64,000 nucleotides of DNA from Acidobacteriota bacterium (lineage in GTDB: Bacteria > Acidobacteriota > Blastocatellia > Pyrinomonadales > Pyrinomonadaceae): positions 18,809 to 82,808 of the forward strand of contig JAFAVK010000078.1 in assembly GCA_019242475.1 (NCBI GenBank), read 5' to 3'. How positions within the stretch are numbered: position 1 is the stretch's first letter; each line of letters starts with the position of its first letter. The position numbers and the translations under genes are program-made. Positions 29,472-38,056 of this stretch are shown piece by piece. The notes beneath the pieces were generated by a model that did no database searches, had not been told where the DNA came from, and saw nothing but the letters and a program-made list of their open reading frames with translations.

Positions 29472-30485
29472 TCATGTCATCCTCGCCAGCATCTCGCGCG
29501 TGACGCGGTTGCGCAGCGGCTCGTCGCGGAAGAAGCGCGCGACCTCTTCGACCGCCTCGGCCCCCATCGCCGCGCGCACCTCGACGCCGCCCGCGGCGAC
29601 GTGCGGCGTCAGGTAGACGTTCGGGAGCCGCCGCAGCTCGTGGTCGGCGGGCAGCGGCTCCAGAGGGTCTGTCACGTCGAGCGCCGCCGTGATTCGACCC
29701 GCGCGCAGCTCCGCGAGCAGCGCCTCCGTCTCGAACAGCCCGCCGCGCGCGACGTTGACGAGGTACGCGCCGTCGGGGATGAGCGCGAGCCGTCGCGCGT
29801 CGAGCAGGCCGCGCGTCTCGGGCGTGAGCGCCGCCGCGAGCACGACGACCGAGCAGGAGCCGAGCAGCTCGTCCAGCGCGGAGAGGCGCGCGCCGTGCTC
29901 GGCCACGGACTCCGGCGCGCAGAAGGGGTCGGAGACTAAAAGCTCGACGCCGAGCGGCGCGACCATGCGCGCGTAGGCGCGCCCGATGCGGCCGAAGCCG
30001 ACGAGCCCGACCCTCCGCCCGCGCACCGACTCGCCGACGCTCGCGTACTCGTTCGTCAAAGTCTTTCCCGCGCGCATCTCTTCGGCATACTGCGGGATTC
30101 GCCGCACGAGCATGAGCGTCATCGCGAGCGCCATCTCGGCCACGCCCCGGGCCATCGGCTCCGGCGCGTTCGCCACCGCGACGCGCTCGAAGACGGCCTC
30201 CTCCATCCGCGCCTTCAGCTCGCCGCCGCAGTGCGCGATGAGCCTCACGGCCGAGCCGTCGCCGAACATGTCGGCGCGCAGGAACGGCGAGTGCCACGTC
30301 GTCAAAAGGGCGTCAGACCGCGCGATCTCTTTACGCAACTCCGGCGTGTCTTCGCGCCCGCCGAAGCGCGCCCACTCTCCGACCTCTCCGAGCCGCGCGC
30401 GCACCCGTTCGGGGAAGAAGTGCGGGAAGAGCGCGTCGCTCGCCAGCACGAGGACGCGCGGCCTCTCAGCTTTACCTTCGCTCAT
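29472..30485 (-). CDS. D-isomer-specific 2-hydroxyacid dehydrogenase family protein
   Basis: Start taken at MSEGKAERPRVLVL... (ATG 30485, in frame with ORF end 30590). NAD motif GLVGFGRIGRAYARM...VSDP. Its ATG overlaps the upstream stop as ATGA (30485..30482). Confidence 0.85.
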   Translation of the reverse strand: MSEGKAERPRVLVLASDALFPHFFPERVRARLGEVGEWARFGGREDTPELRKEIARSDALLTTWHSPFLRADMFGDGSAVRLIAHCGGELKARMEEAVFERVAVANAPEPMARGVAEMALAMTLMLVRRIPQYAEEMRAGKTLTNEYASVGESVRGRRVGLVGFGRIGRAYARMVAPLGVELLVSDPFCAPESVAEHGARLSALDELLGSCSVVVLAAALTPETRGLLDARRLALIPDGAYLVNVARGGLFETEALLAELRAGRITAALDVTDPLEPLPADHELRRLPNVYLTPHVAAGGVEVRAAMGAEAVEEVARFFRDEPLRNRVTREMLARMT

Positions 30486-31318
30486 GCGCCGGCCCCCACG
30501 TCCTTTCGTAGTAGCCTCCCCGCGGCCCGCGCGAAGTCGGGCAGCGCGACCTCGGGCTCTTCGATCTCGGGGTGCCAGAACTTCTCCCACTCGAAGCTGA
30601 CGAACCCTTCGTAGCCGACGGCGCGCAGCGCGTCGAACGCGGGGCCGAACGGGACGAGGCCGCGCCCCGCGAGCACGGGCAGCCAGTGCTCGCGCCCCTC
30701 GACGGGCCGCGCGTCGCGCAGGTGCACGTGCGCGAGGTGTGGCGCGAGCGCGAGCGCAGCCTCTTCGACCGAGCTTCCGGCGGCAAACGAATTCGCCACG
30801 TCCCAGATGACCGCGACGCCCGTGTGTTCGGCGAGCCGGACGATCTCGACGGTCTCGTGCGCCGCCGCGAAGTCGCCGTGCGTCTCAAGCCCGACGCGGA
30901 CGCCCGCGGGCGCGCGCTCCGCCACGGCGCGGAGAGATTCCGCGATAAGCACGCGCGTCGCTTCGCGCGTCGCGCCTTCCTGAATCTTGTCGGGGAAGAC
31001 TCGAATCAGCGGCGAGCCGAGCGCGGCGGCCAGCTCGCAGTGGCGTAGTGCGACCTCGACCTGCCGTTGTCGTTCTCCCTCGTCTGTGTCGTGAAAGACG
31101 CAGGACGTATCCACGCAGCAGACCGAAAGCCCCTGCCCTTCGAGCCGTCGGCGCGTGCCTTCGACTGCCGCGGGCGCGAACTCGGGGCGGGCGAGCAAGT
31201 CTAGCCCGCCGCCGAGCGCGCGCATCTCGACGCCCGTGAAGCCGTACTCGCGCGCCGCGCGCAAGACGTCTTCCAGCCCGTAGTCGGGGCAGCCGAGTGT
31301 CGAGAAGGCGAGCTTCAT
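30482..31318 (-). CDS. Sugar phosphate isomerase/epimerase (xylose-isomerase-like TIM barrel)
   Basis: 278 aa. MKLAFSTLGCPDYGLEDVLRAAREYGFTGVEMR..., with the conserved E/D/H/E metal-site pattern (GLETHGDF, VIWDVANS, HVHLRD, SFEWE). Confidence 0.85.
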   Translation of the reverse strand: MKLAFSTLGCPDYGLEDVLRAAREYGFTGVEMRALGGGLDLLARPEFAPAAVEGTRRRLEGQGLSVCCVDTSCVFHDTDEGERQRQVEVALRHCELAAALGSPLIRVFPDKIQEGATREATRVLIAESLRAVAERAPAGVRVGLETHGDFAAAHETVEIVRLAEHTGVAVIWDVANSFAAGSSVEEAALALAPHLAHVHLRDARPVEGREHWLPVLAGRGLVPFGPAFDALRAVGYEGFVSFEWEKFWHPEIEEPEVALPDFARAAGRLLRKDVGAGA

Positions 31319-31323
31319 CGTCG

Positions 31324-32637
31324 TCAGGGCGCGTACTCGTAAGCGCCGATGTCTATCAAACCGTCCGAGGGCCGTGCCTGCGCCGTGCCCGGGGCGAGCA
31401 GCGTGTGCATCGGCGGGACGAAGGCGGGCGGCCAGAGCGGGTTGATGAACGGGTGTCCCGCGGGGCTCGCGGGCGCGTTGTTGCCCGCGCCGATGAGCGC
31501 GCTCCCGACCGCGGGCCGCAGGTCGAGCGTCGAGAGGTTGACGAAGTTCGGGTTGGTGCCGAAGACCGTGTTCGTCCAGCCGGTCGGGATAAGCGCCGAG
31601 CCGGTCGGAATCCAGTTGTTCGTCCCCACGTCCACGCGCCCCGCGACCCAGCGCACGCGCGTCTCCAGAACGATCTTGTCAATCGGCTCGTTGCCCACGC
31701 GGTAGAAGACGTTGTTGTGGACTTCGAGGCTCTCGATGCCCTCGAAGATTTCGATGGCCGGGCTCACCTGACCCTGCCGGAGGATGAAGGTGTTGTTGAC
31801 GAAGCGGTAGCGCCCCTTCGTCTCGCCCGTGCCGTCGCTCCCGACGCGCGCCATGCGACTCCCTTGCGTCGAGATGTGCTGGAAGACGTTGCCGACCACG
31901 TCGGAGTCCTCGCGCTTGGTGTCGGTCGAGACGTTCTTGTTGCCGTGCGGGTCTGGGCCGATGAGTTCGATCTCGCCGTAGAAGCCGCCCGAGACCCAGT
32001 TGTAGTAAATCTCGTTGCGCTCGGCGCGGCTCTTGATGTTGTTGCCGCCGTTCTGGTCGTGCAGGTAGCAGTACTGCATGCGGAAGACCGAGCCGGGGTG
32101 CGCGAACTCGTCGGTCGCCATGTAGACGGCGTGCTCGCCCGTGCCGTTGCCGCAGTGGTAGACCTCGACGTACTCCATCGTCAGCGAGCCCGAGTCGGTG
32201 TCGGCGCCGAGGATGCCGTGGGCGGGGCAGTCGTGGACGACCGTGTCGCGCAGCGTGATGTCGTCGGCGTGATGGTAGATGCCGCGGAAGCTGCCGCCGG
32301 TCACGTCGAAGCCCTCGAAGACGTAGTGATCCGAGAGGCGAAACTCGACGGTGTTCGTCCCGCCCGAGATGACGGGCCGCAGGCCGTTGACGCGCAGGCC
32401 GCGGATCGTGATCTTGCTCGCGGCCGTGCCGGGTTTCGTGAAGATGAGGTCGCCGGGGTAGGTGGCGTTGCCGTCAACCTCCACGAGGTCGCCGGGCGCG
32501 AGCAGCGGCGCGACGTCCTGCAACTTCTTTAAGGTGCGCGTGGGGCCGACCTGGTACGTGGCGGCTCGCGCGCTGTCGTCGGAACCGGCGAGGGCGAAGC
32601 AGCCGGCGAGAAACAGGCAGGCGATAAAGTACCTCAT
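31324..32637 (-). CDS. Right-handed parallel beta-helix repeat protein, probable lipoprotein
   Basis: 437 aa. Lipobox-like LFLAGC in the signal peptide. ATYQVGPTRTLKKLQDVAPLLAPGDLVEVDG... then beta-helix turns (LRDTVVHD, VEVYHCGNG, YLHDQNGGNN, VVGNVF, FVNNTF, VHNNVF). Confidence 0.75.
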   Translation of the reverse strand: MRYFIACLFLAGCFALAGSDDSARAATYQVGPTRTLKKLQDVAPLLAPGDLVEVDGNATYPGDLIFTKPGTAASKITIRGLRVNGLRPVISGGTNTVEFRLSDHYVFEGFDVTGGSFRGIYHHADDITLRDTVVHDCPAHGILGADTDSGSLTMEYVEVYHCGNGTGEHAVYMATDEFAHPGSVFRMQYCYLHDQNGGNNIKSRAERNEIYYNWVSGGFYGEIELIGPDPHGNKNVSTDTKREDSDVVGNVFQHISTQGSRMARVGSDGTGETKGRYRFVNNTFILRQGQVSPAIEIFEGIESLEVHNNVFYRVGNEPIDKIVLETRVRWVAGRVDVGTNNWIPTGSALIPTGWTNTVFGTNPNFVNLSTLDLRPAVGSALIGAGNNAPASPAGHPFINPLWPPAFVPPMHTLLAPGTAQARPSDGLIDIGAYEYAP

Positions 32638-32672
32638 CTCTTATCCTCCCTTTCGTCTCGGGTCGGGCGTTT

Positions 32673-34514
32673 TCAGTGGCCCCGACTGTGACCACGTGGG
32701 GAGCGCTCGCGGGGGCCGCGGCCCCTCTGCGCGAGCGCGATGGCGCGGGCAAGTCTGTAGCGAACCGTCTCGAAGGCGTCGCCCGTCTCGGCGAAGCCGA
32801 CCGTCGGCCCCGCCTCGGAGAAGACGCGGGGGACGACCGCTTGTAGCGCGGCATCGACCTCCGCGCCGAGCCCGAGCCGGCGCGCGAGCGTCAGGTACTG
32901 GTGGTCTTGCAGGCCGCGGCGGAAGTTGGCGAGCTGGACGGTCGAGACGGGGCCGGCGACGCCCCTGTCCTCCGCCGGGTGAATCTTCTCCTCGCCGGGG
33001 TAGATGAGCACGCCGTCGCCGTTGATGTAGCCCTGGTCGGCGGCGGGCTTGCGGGGCTGGCCGCGGTTGTCGAAGGTGATCGGATTCTCCCAGACGTTCT
33101 GTCTGCGCTCGCCGACCTTCTGCCCGTTGTGCCGCCAGTGGACGCCGTGCCAGTAGAAGTAGACCTCGACGTGATGTTTGAAGCAGGCCCAGATGGTCGC
33201 GCGCGGGTCGGTCGCGGGCGCGTCGATGACGATGGCGCCCCCCTGCGGTCGGCCGCCGTTGTACGTCCAGTACCGACGACCCTTCGCGCGCTCCTCACGC
33301 GCACGCTCCACGTCGAAGCCCTGCGGCCCTGTGTCCCAAATGTCTATCGCGCCGTCCAACTCCTTCACGTACTTCTTGGTCACGAATGTTGGGAGCACCC
33401 GGCCGGGGCCGGGGTTCGAGTGGACGTTGTCGGCCAGGCGCCGGATGTACTCGTACTCGGAGCGGCCCGGCTCGTCGGGCATGTAGAGGAAGGTGATGGC
33501 CTTGCCGAAGTCGGCGCCGAGGAACGTCCGCAGGAAGGTCATCCACTCGTCGGAGTTGCGCCAGGCGCTCGCGCGCTCGTCGAACTCCTTGCCCGGGCCG
33601 TAGAAGGTGCGCGGGATGACGCGATTGCCAGTTCCTTCGCCCGGCCCCTCGTAGCCGCGCGCGGGCGTGAAGTCTTCGCCCGTGAACCGGCCGCGCGCGG
33701 CTCGCGCCTTCTCGATGTCGTAGGCGTCCACCAGCTCGATGCGGTTGCGGTGCGCGAAGCGTTGGTACTCGGCGTCGAGGTTGCGGCCGTGGTAAAGCTC
33801 CGGCTGCAAGCTCTCGTAGTAGACCATCGCCTGCATGCTGTTCTCGTCGGGGAGTGCGAAGTCGAACAGCTCAAGCTCGACGGGGAGCGTCGTGCGCCGG
33901 CCGTCGGCTTTGATCTCGACCTCGCCGCGGTACGTGCCCGCGGGCAGGTCGCGGCCGGTGTAAACGTCGAACCAGAGTGCTTGATTCTGCGAAGGCGCGA
34001 CCGTCAGGGGAAAGCCGCCGCGGCCCGCGCGCGCGTTCTCGGGGACGAGCTGCACGGGCTTCCACCCCAAGGGGTCTCTGGGCGCAGCGGGCGAGCCGGG
34101 CTCGAAGACCCAGGAGGCGTGCGTCGGCTCGGTGACGTTCATGTAGTTGACAGAGAAGACTTCGATGGGCCGGCCGCGGTAGTCGGTCGGGTCGGCGGCG
34201 GGCGGCGCGTAACTGATGCGCGCGCCGCCGCCCTTGAGGCGCAGCTCGGGCAGGCGCGCCGTCAGGCTCTTGATGCCGTCGGGGCCGGCCTCGACGACGA
34301 CCTGGAAGGCGACGACCTCGTTGCGCGCGCCGAAGATTTTTATGGCGTGCCCGTCCCAGGCGGAGTTGGCACGTTTGTTAGAGTTGTCGAGGTCGTCGCG
34401 CTCGACCTTCTCGCCGTCGTTGACGGCCCACACGGACGCCACCGAAGCGCGCGCGAATGCCTGCGACAGAAGGCACGACAGGAGGAGCGCGCTCAGAACT
34501 CTTCTCATCAACAT
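32673..34514 (-). CDS. Secreted DUF4091-type (GH123-like) protein
   Basis: Start taken at ATG 34514 (MLMRRVLSALLLSCLLSQAFARA). The ORF-track start 34562 is a GTG. Beta-sandwich N-part (HAIKIFGARNEVVAFQVVV...), a TIM-like centre (FLYMPDEPG, RYWTYNGG, GDGVLIYPG) and the C-terminal RGLQDHQYLTL motif. From memory these fit DUF4091/GH123. Confidence 0.65.
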   Translation of the reverse strand: MLMRRVLSALLLSCLLSQAFARASVASVWAVNDGEKVERDDLDNSNKRANSAWDGHAIKIFGARNEVVAFQVVVEAGPDGIKSLTARLPELRLKGGGARISYAPPAADPTDYRGRPIEVFSVNYMNVTEPTHASWVFEPGSPAAPRDPLGWKPVQLVPENARAGRGGFPLTVAPSQNQALWFDVYTGRDLPAGTYRGEVEIKADGRRTTLPVELELFDFALPDENSMQAMVYYESLQPELYHGRNLDAEYQRFAHRNRIELVDAYDIEKARAARGRFTGEDFTPARGYEGPGEGTGNRVIPRTFYGPGKEFDERASAWRNSDEWMTFLRTFLGADFGKAITFLYMPDEPGRSEYEYIRRLADNVHSNPGPGRVLPTFVTKKYVKELDGAIDIWDTGPQGFDVERAREERAKGRRYWTYNGGRPQGGAIVIDAPATDPRATIWACFKHHVEVYFYWHGVHWRHNGQKVGERRQNVWENPITFDNRGQPRKPAADQGYINGDGVLIYPGEEKIHPAEDRGVAGPVSTVQLANFRRGLQDHQYLTLARRLGLGAEVDAALQAVVPRVFSEAGPTVGFAETGDAFETVRYRLARAIALAQRGRGPRERSPRGHSRGH

Positions 34515-34566
34515 CCGACCCCCGCACGCGTTCATAAACTCGTCTTTAAAGTCTCGAAGCACCGCC

Positions 34567-36315
34567 TCACTCCCCCGCCGCGTCGCCCGCGGCGAGCGCG
34601 GGCTTGACCTCCCCGGCCGCGCCTTTCGTGCGCCCGGCGACGACGAAGAGGAGGCCGACGACAGTCGTCGCCGCGGCGTAGAGCGCGACCACCGTGCGGT
34701 CGCGCCCCGGCTCCGACGCCAAAAGCATGAGGAAGCACGCGAGCCCGATGCCCGTCGTCACGCGCCCGACGATGGCGAGCTGCCCGCGCCCCGAGATGCC
34801 CCGGCCGCTCAGCTCCTTCTCGGGGTCAATCGGCGTGTGCAGCTTCCTGAAGAAGCCCGCGACGCGCTCGGCGAACTCGCCCTTCGGCTCGTAGAGGAGG
34901 ACGGGCGTGAAGAAGGCGACGGTCGTCGTGATCGCCGGGACGCCGATCAGGTAGGTCTCGTTCAAACCCCAGCCCAGGTAGCTGTTGAGGTAGACGTTGA
35001 CGAAGAGCGAGGTCGCCGCGCCGACGACGTACGCGAAGAGCGCCGACCACCAGGGCCCGCGCCGCACGAGGAAGCCGTACAGCAGCGGGAGCCCGAGCGG
35101 TATCTGAAAGATCGATTCGAGTATGAAGAGGAGCGTGAAGATGCCCTTCGTCCCCTGCGCGAAGATGAGCGCCACGCCGATCATGAAGAGCCCGACGAGG
35201 AACGACGTGACGCGGCTCGCGTAGAGCATGTGCCGGTCGCTCGCCTCGGGCCGCATGTAGCCCTGGTACAAGTCCTTCGCGAAGATGCCCGTCACGACGT
35301 GGTTCGCCGCCGACAGCGAAGCCATCGATGACGCGAGCATCGCCGCCAGCAGCACGCCGACGAGGCCGGGCGGGAGCACGCGCAAGCCCATCGCGATGTA
35401 GGCGGCCTCGGCCGGCTTGTTCAGCCCGTTCGGCGTCGTGCCCAGAGCGGGCAGCGCCACGCGCGCGACGAGCGGCGGCGTGTAGAAGACGAGCGTGCCG
35501 ACGGTGAAGAGCACCATGCAGAGCAGCGCGATCTTGCGCGCGTCGCGCTCGGTCGGCGCGCAGAAGTAGCGCTGCGCGTTGGCGAAGTTGTTGTAGCCCG
35601 TGATCTGCGAGACGGTGTAGGCCAGAAGGAAGAGCCACCCGTACTCGCCCGCGAACGGGTTGAAGAACCCGGCGGGCGCCTTCTCGACGAAGCCGCTCAC
35701 GCCGCCCACGTCCGCGAGCGAGAGCACCGTCAGGACGCAGGCCACGGGGAAGAGGAACATGAACTGAAACATGTCCGTGAAGCAGACCGCCCAGTAACCG
35801 CCGAGCACGGTGTAAAGGAGAATGACGACGCCGCAGATGACTATGAGGTAAGGGACTGGGATGCCGAGCGCAATGGACATGAAGCTCGACAGGGCGAAGA
35901 GCCGAACGGAGGCGAACATGAGCTGGCTCGGCCCGGTCATCCAGGAGAAGGTCTTGTGCGTGCCGACCCCGAAGCGCTCGCGGATGTACTCGACGACCGT
36001 CGAGACGCGCGAGCGACGCCAGCGCTGGGCGTAGACGAGGTAGCCGAGCAGGAAGGCCGGCACGGCGAGCGACAGAAGGAAGGTGCCGATGATGCCCTGC
36101 TGGTAGGCGAAGCCCGCGCCGCCGGTGAACGTCCAGACCGAGAAGCCGGACATGAACGAGGCCATCCCGGCGACCCACCACTCGATGCGGTTCCCGCCCT
36201 TGAGGAAGTCCGTGCCCGCGCGCATGAAGCGCATGAAGTAGGCGCCGACGCCCGCCATCAGGCACAGGTAGCCGACGAGCACGACGTAGTCAATCGTCTG
36301 AACCGTGGAGCGCAT
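34567..36315 (-). CDS. Sodium:solute symporter (SSS) family transporter
   Basis: 582 aa with about 13-14 hydrophobic spans. N-terminal SSS pattern (DYVVLVGYLCLMAGVGAYFMRF...DFLKGGNRIEWWVAGMASFMSGFSVWTFTG). Confidence 0.9.
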   Translation of the reverse strand: MRSTVQTIDYVVLVGYLCLMAGVGAYFMRFMRAGTDFLKGGNRIEWWVAGMASFMSGFSVWTFTGGAGFAYQQGIIGTFLLSLAVPAFLLGYLVYAQRWRRSRVSTVVEYIRERFGVGTHKTFSWMTGPSQLMFASVRLFALSSFMSIALGIPVPYLIVICGVVILLYTVLGGYWAVCFTDMFQFMFLFPVACVLTVLSLADVGGVSGFVEKAPAGFFNPFAGEYGWLFLLAYTVSQITGYNNFANAQRYFCAPTERDARKIALLCMVLFTVGTLVFYTPPLVARVALPALGTTPNGLNKPAEAAYIAMGLRVLPPGLVGVLLAAMLASSMASLSAANHVVTGIFAKDLYQGYMRPEASDRHMLYASRVTSFLVGLFMIGVALIFAQGTKGIFTLLFILESIFQIPLGLPLLYGFLVRRGPWWSALFAYVVGAATSLFVNVYLNSYLGWGLNETYLIGVPAITTTVAFFTPVLLYEPKGEFAERVAGFFRKLHTPIDPEKELSGRGISGRGQLAIVGRVTTGIGLACFLMLLASEPGRDRTVVALYAAATTVVGLLFVVAGRTKGAAGEVKPALAAGDAAGE

Positions 36316-36350
36316 CAGTTACACCCTTCGGCCTCCCGCCGCCTTCCCTT

Positions 36351-37154
36351 TCAGCGCGACAGGAGCGCGGCCGAGTCGCGGTCGATGAAGAGGTGCGCGT
36401 CCGCGTGGCGGCGCAGGATGGAGGCCGGGCAAGAGGTCGCGACCGGCCCCTCGATTGTCGCCTTGATCGCCTCGCGCTTCGCCGGGCCGGGCACGATGGC
36501 GAAGAGCTTCGGCACCGACATGACGGTCGGCACCGTGAGCGAGAGGGCGTGGCGCGGCACGTCCTCGATTGAGGCGAACGCGCCGTCGTTGACCTGCTGG
36601 TTGCGACAGACCTCGTCCAGCTCGACGACCTTGACCGCGGCCGGGTCTTCGAAGTCGCAGAAGGGCGGGTCGATGAAGGCGAGGTGGCCGTTCTCGCCGA
36701 TGCCGAGAACGGCGAAGGCGGGTGGGTCTTCCGCGAGCAGGCGCGCGTAGCGCACGGCCTCCGCGTCGCCGTCCGCGGCCTCGCCGCGCAGGCCGTGGAA
36801 CTCGCCCATCGGGACTTTGCTCACCAGCCTGTCCACGAGGAAGCGGCGGAAGGACTGCGGCGCGCGCTCGTCCATGCCCAGATACTCGTCGAGGTGGAAG
36901 CCCTTGACGCGCGACCAGTCAACGCCTTCGGTCGCGGCGAGCACCGCGAGGAACTCGTTCTGCGAGGGCGCGGAGGCGAAGACGCCGACGGCGCGCCCGC
37001 GCTCATTAATCAGGCGGCGCAGCTCGGCGGCGACGGCCGCGGCGGCTGCCTCGCCCATCTTCTGACGCGACTCGTAGACGTAGACGTTCAACTCGCCCGC
37101 GCTGAACTGCTCGACCAGCCCTTCGCGCGCGGGTGTGGTTGCTCCTGTTTCCAT
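36351..37154 (-). CDS. nagB: Glucosamine/galactosamine-6-phosphate deaminase-isomerase family protein (NagB-like)
   Basis: 267 aa. FHLDEYLG and LGIGENGHLAFIDPP align with the E. coli NagB motifs F-N-MDEYVG and GVGNDGHIAFNEP. The C-terminal ALSLTVPTV...GPAKREAIKATIEG also matches. AAGGAG Shine-Dalgarno 5 nt before the ATG. Confidence 0.8.
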   Translation of the reverse strand: METGATTPAREGLVEQFSAGELNVYVYESRQKMGEAAAAAVAAELRRLINERGRAVGVFASAPSQNEFLAVLAATEGVDWSRVKGFHLDEYLGMDERAPQSFRRFLVDRLVSKVPMGEFHGLRGEAADGDAEAVRYARLLAEDPPAFAVLGIGENGHLAFIDPPFCDFEDPAAVKVVELDEVCRNQQVNDGAFASIEDVPRHALSLTVPTVMSVPKLFAIVPGPAKREAIKATIEGPVATSCPASILRRHADAHLFIDRDSAALLSR

Positions 37155-37199
37155 GTGTGCTCCTTACATTTAAAAAGACTCGGGGGAATGATTTCGCGT

Positions 37200-38054
37200 T
37201 CAGCCGACCTCGGGGCCGGCGATGGCAAAGACTTTGGCGGAGGTGCCGGCGCCAGTCCGCGCGCCGCGGCGCATGCGCACGAGGTCGCGCTGCTTCAGGA
37301 AGCCGCGCCCGGCCAACGTGCCCGCCAGAGATTCGAACCGCGTGGTCACGTCTATATAAAGAGGGCGCCCCGCGTGCCGCGCGAGGGCTTCGTCGAGCAA
37401 ACCCGACGCGGTCTCGAAGTCGGACGCCACCAGCGGGCCGACGTAGTCGGCGCGCGCGCCCGCGCGCGTCAGCGCATAACCCTTGACATGTCCGCCCGCT
37501 GTCCTGACGAAAGTCCCGGCCGCCTGTGCAAAGAGCAGCTCGACGAGCCGCGCGCGGTCGGCGCCGAAGGCGTCGCGGTCGAACTCTAAAATCTCCGCGA
37601 GCCCCGCGGAGTCTTGAGGCGAAGGGTTCGCGTCTTGCCCGCCGTCCGCGCCGCGCGCCCAGCGCTCAATCAACAGCTCGGCTTCAAACCCGAGCGCCTC
37701 GTAGACGTGCCGCCCGTCGGGCGTCGCGTCGAGCTTGACCGCCCGGACGCCCTCGCCGTCGAGGTACGCGAGCGCCGCGCGCATGAGGCGCGAGGCGATG
37801 CCGCGCCTGCGGAACTCGGGGTCAACGAGCACCATCCCGACCCACGCGAGTTCGCGCCCGTAAGTGGTCGTCGTCGCCGTCCCGACGAGGCGGCCGCCCG
37901 ACGCGGCGGCGAAGCACCCGCGCGGCTCAAGCCCGAGCAGCCGCCGCCAGTCCTCCTCGGTCTGGTTCCAGCCGGCCGCCTCCTTCAGCCTCATGGCCGC
38001 CGGGAGGTCTTCCGCGCCGAGCAGGCGAATCTCAACGTCGGCCGCTTTCGTCAT
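37200..38054 (-). CDS. GNAT-family N-acyltransferase with C-terminal YitH-like extension
   Basis: Start at MTKAADVEIRLLG... (ATG 38054). The ORF-track extension to 38558 overlaps the upstream gene in another frame. Acyl-CoA motif VLVDPEFRRRGIASRLMRAAL. About 130 extra C-terminal residues. Confidence 0.8.
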   Translation of the reverse strand: MTKAADVEIRLLGAEDLPAAMRLKEAAGWNQTEEDWRRLLGLEPRGCFAAASGGRLVGTATTTTYGRELAWVGMVLVDPEFRRRGIASRLMRAALAYLDGEGVRAVKLDATPDGRHVYEALGFEAELLIERWARGADGGQDANPSPQDSAGLAEILEFDRDAFGADRARLVELLFAQAAGTFVRTAGGHVKGYALTRAGARADYVGPLVASDFETASGLLDEALARHAGRPLYIDVTTRFESLAGTLAGRGFLKQRDLVRMRRGARTGAGTSAKVFAIAGPEVG

Positions 38055-38056
38055 CT

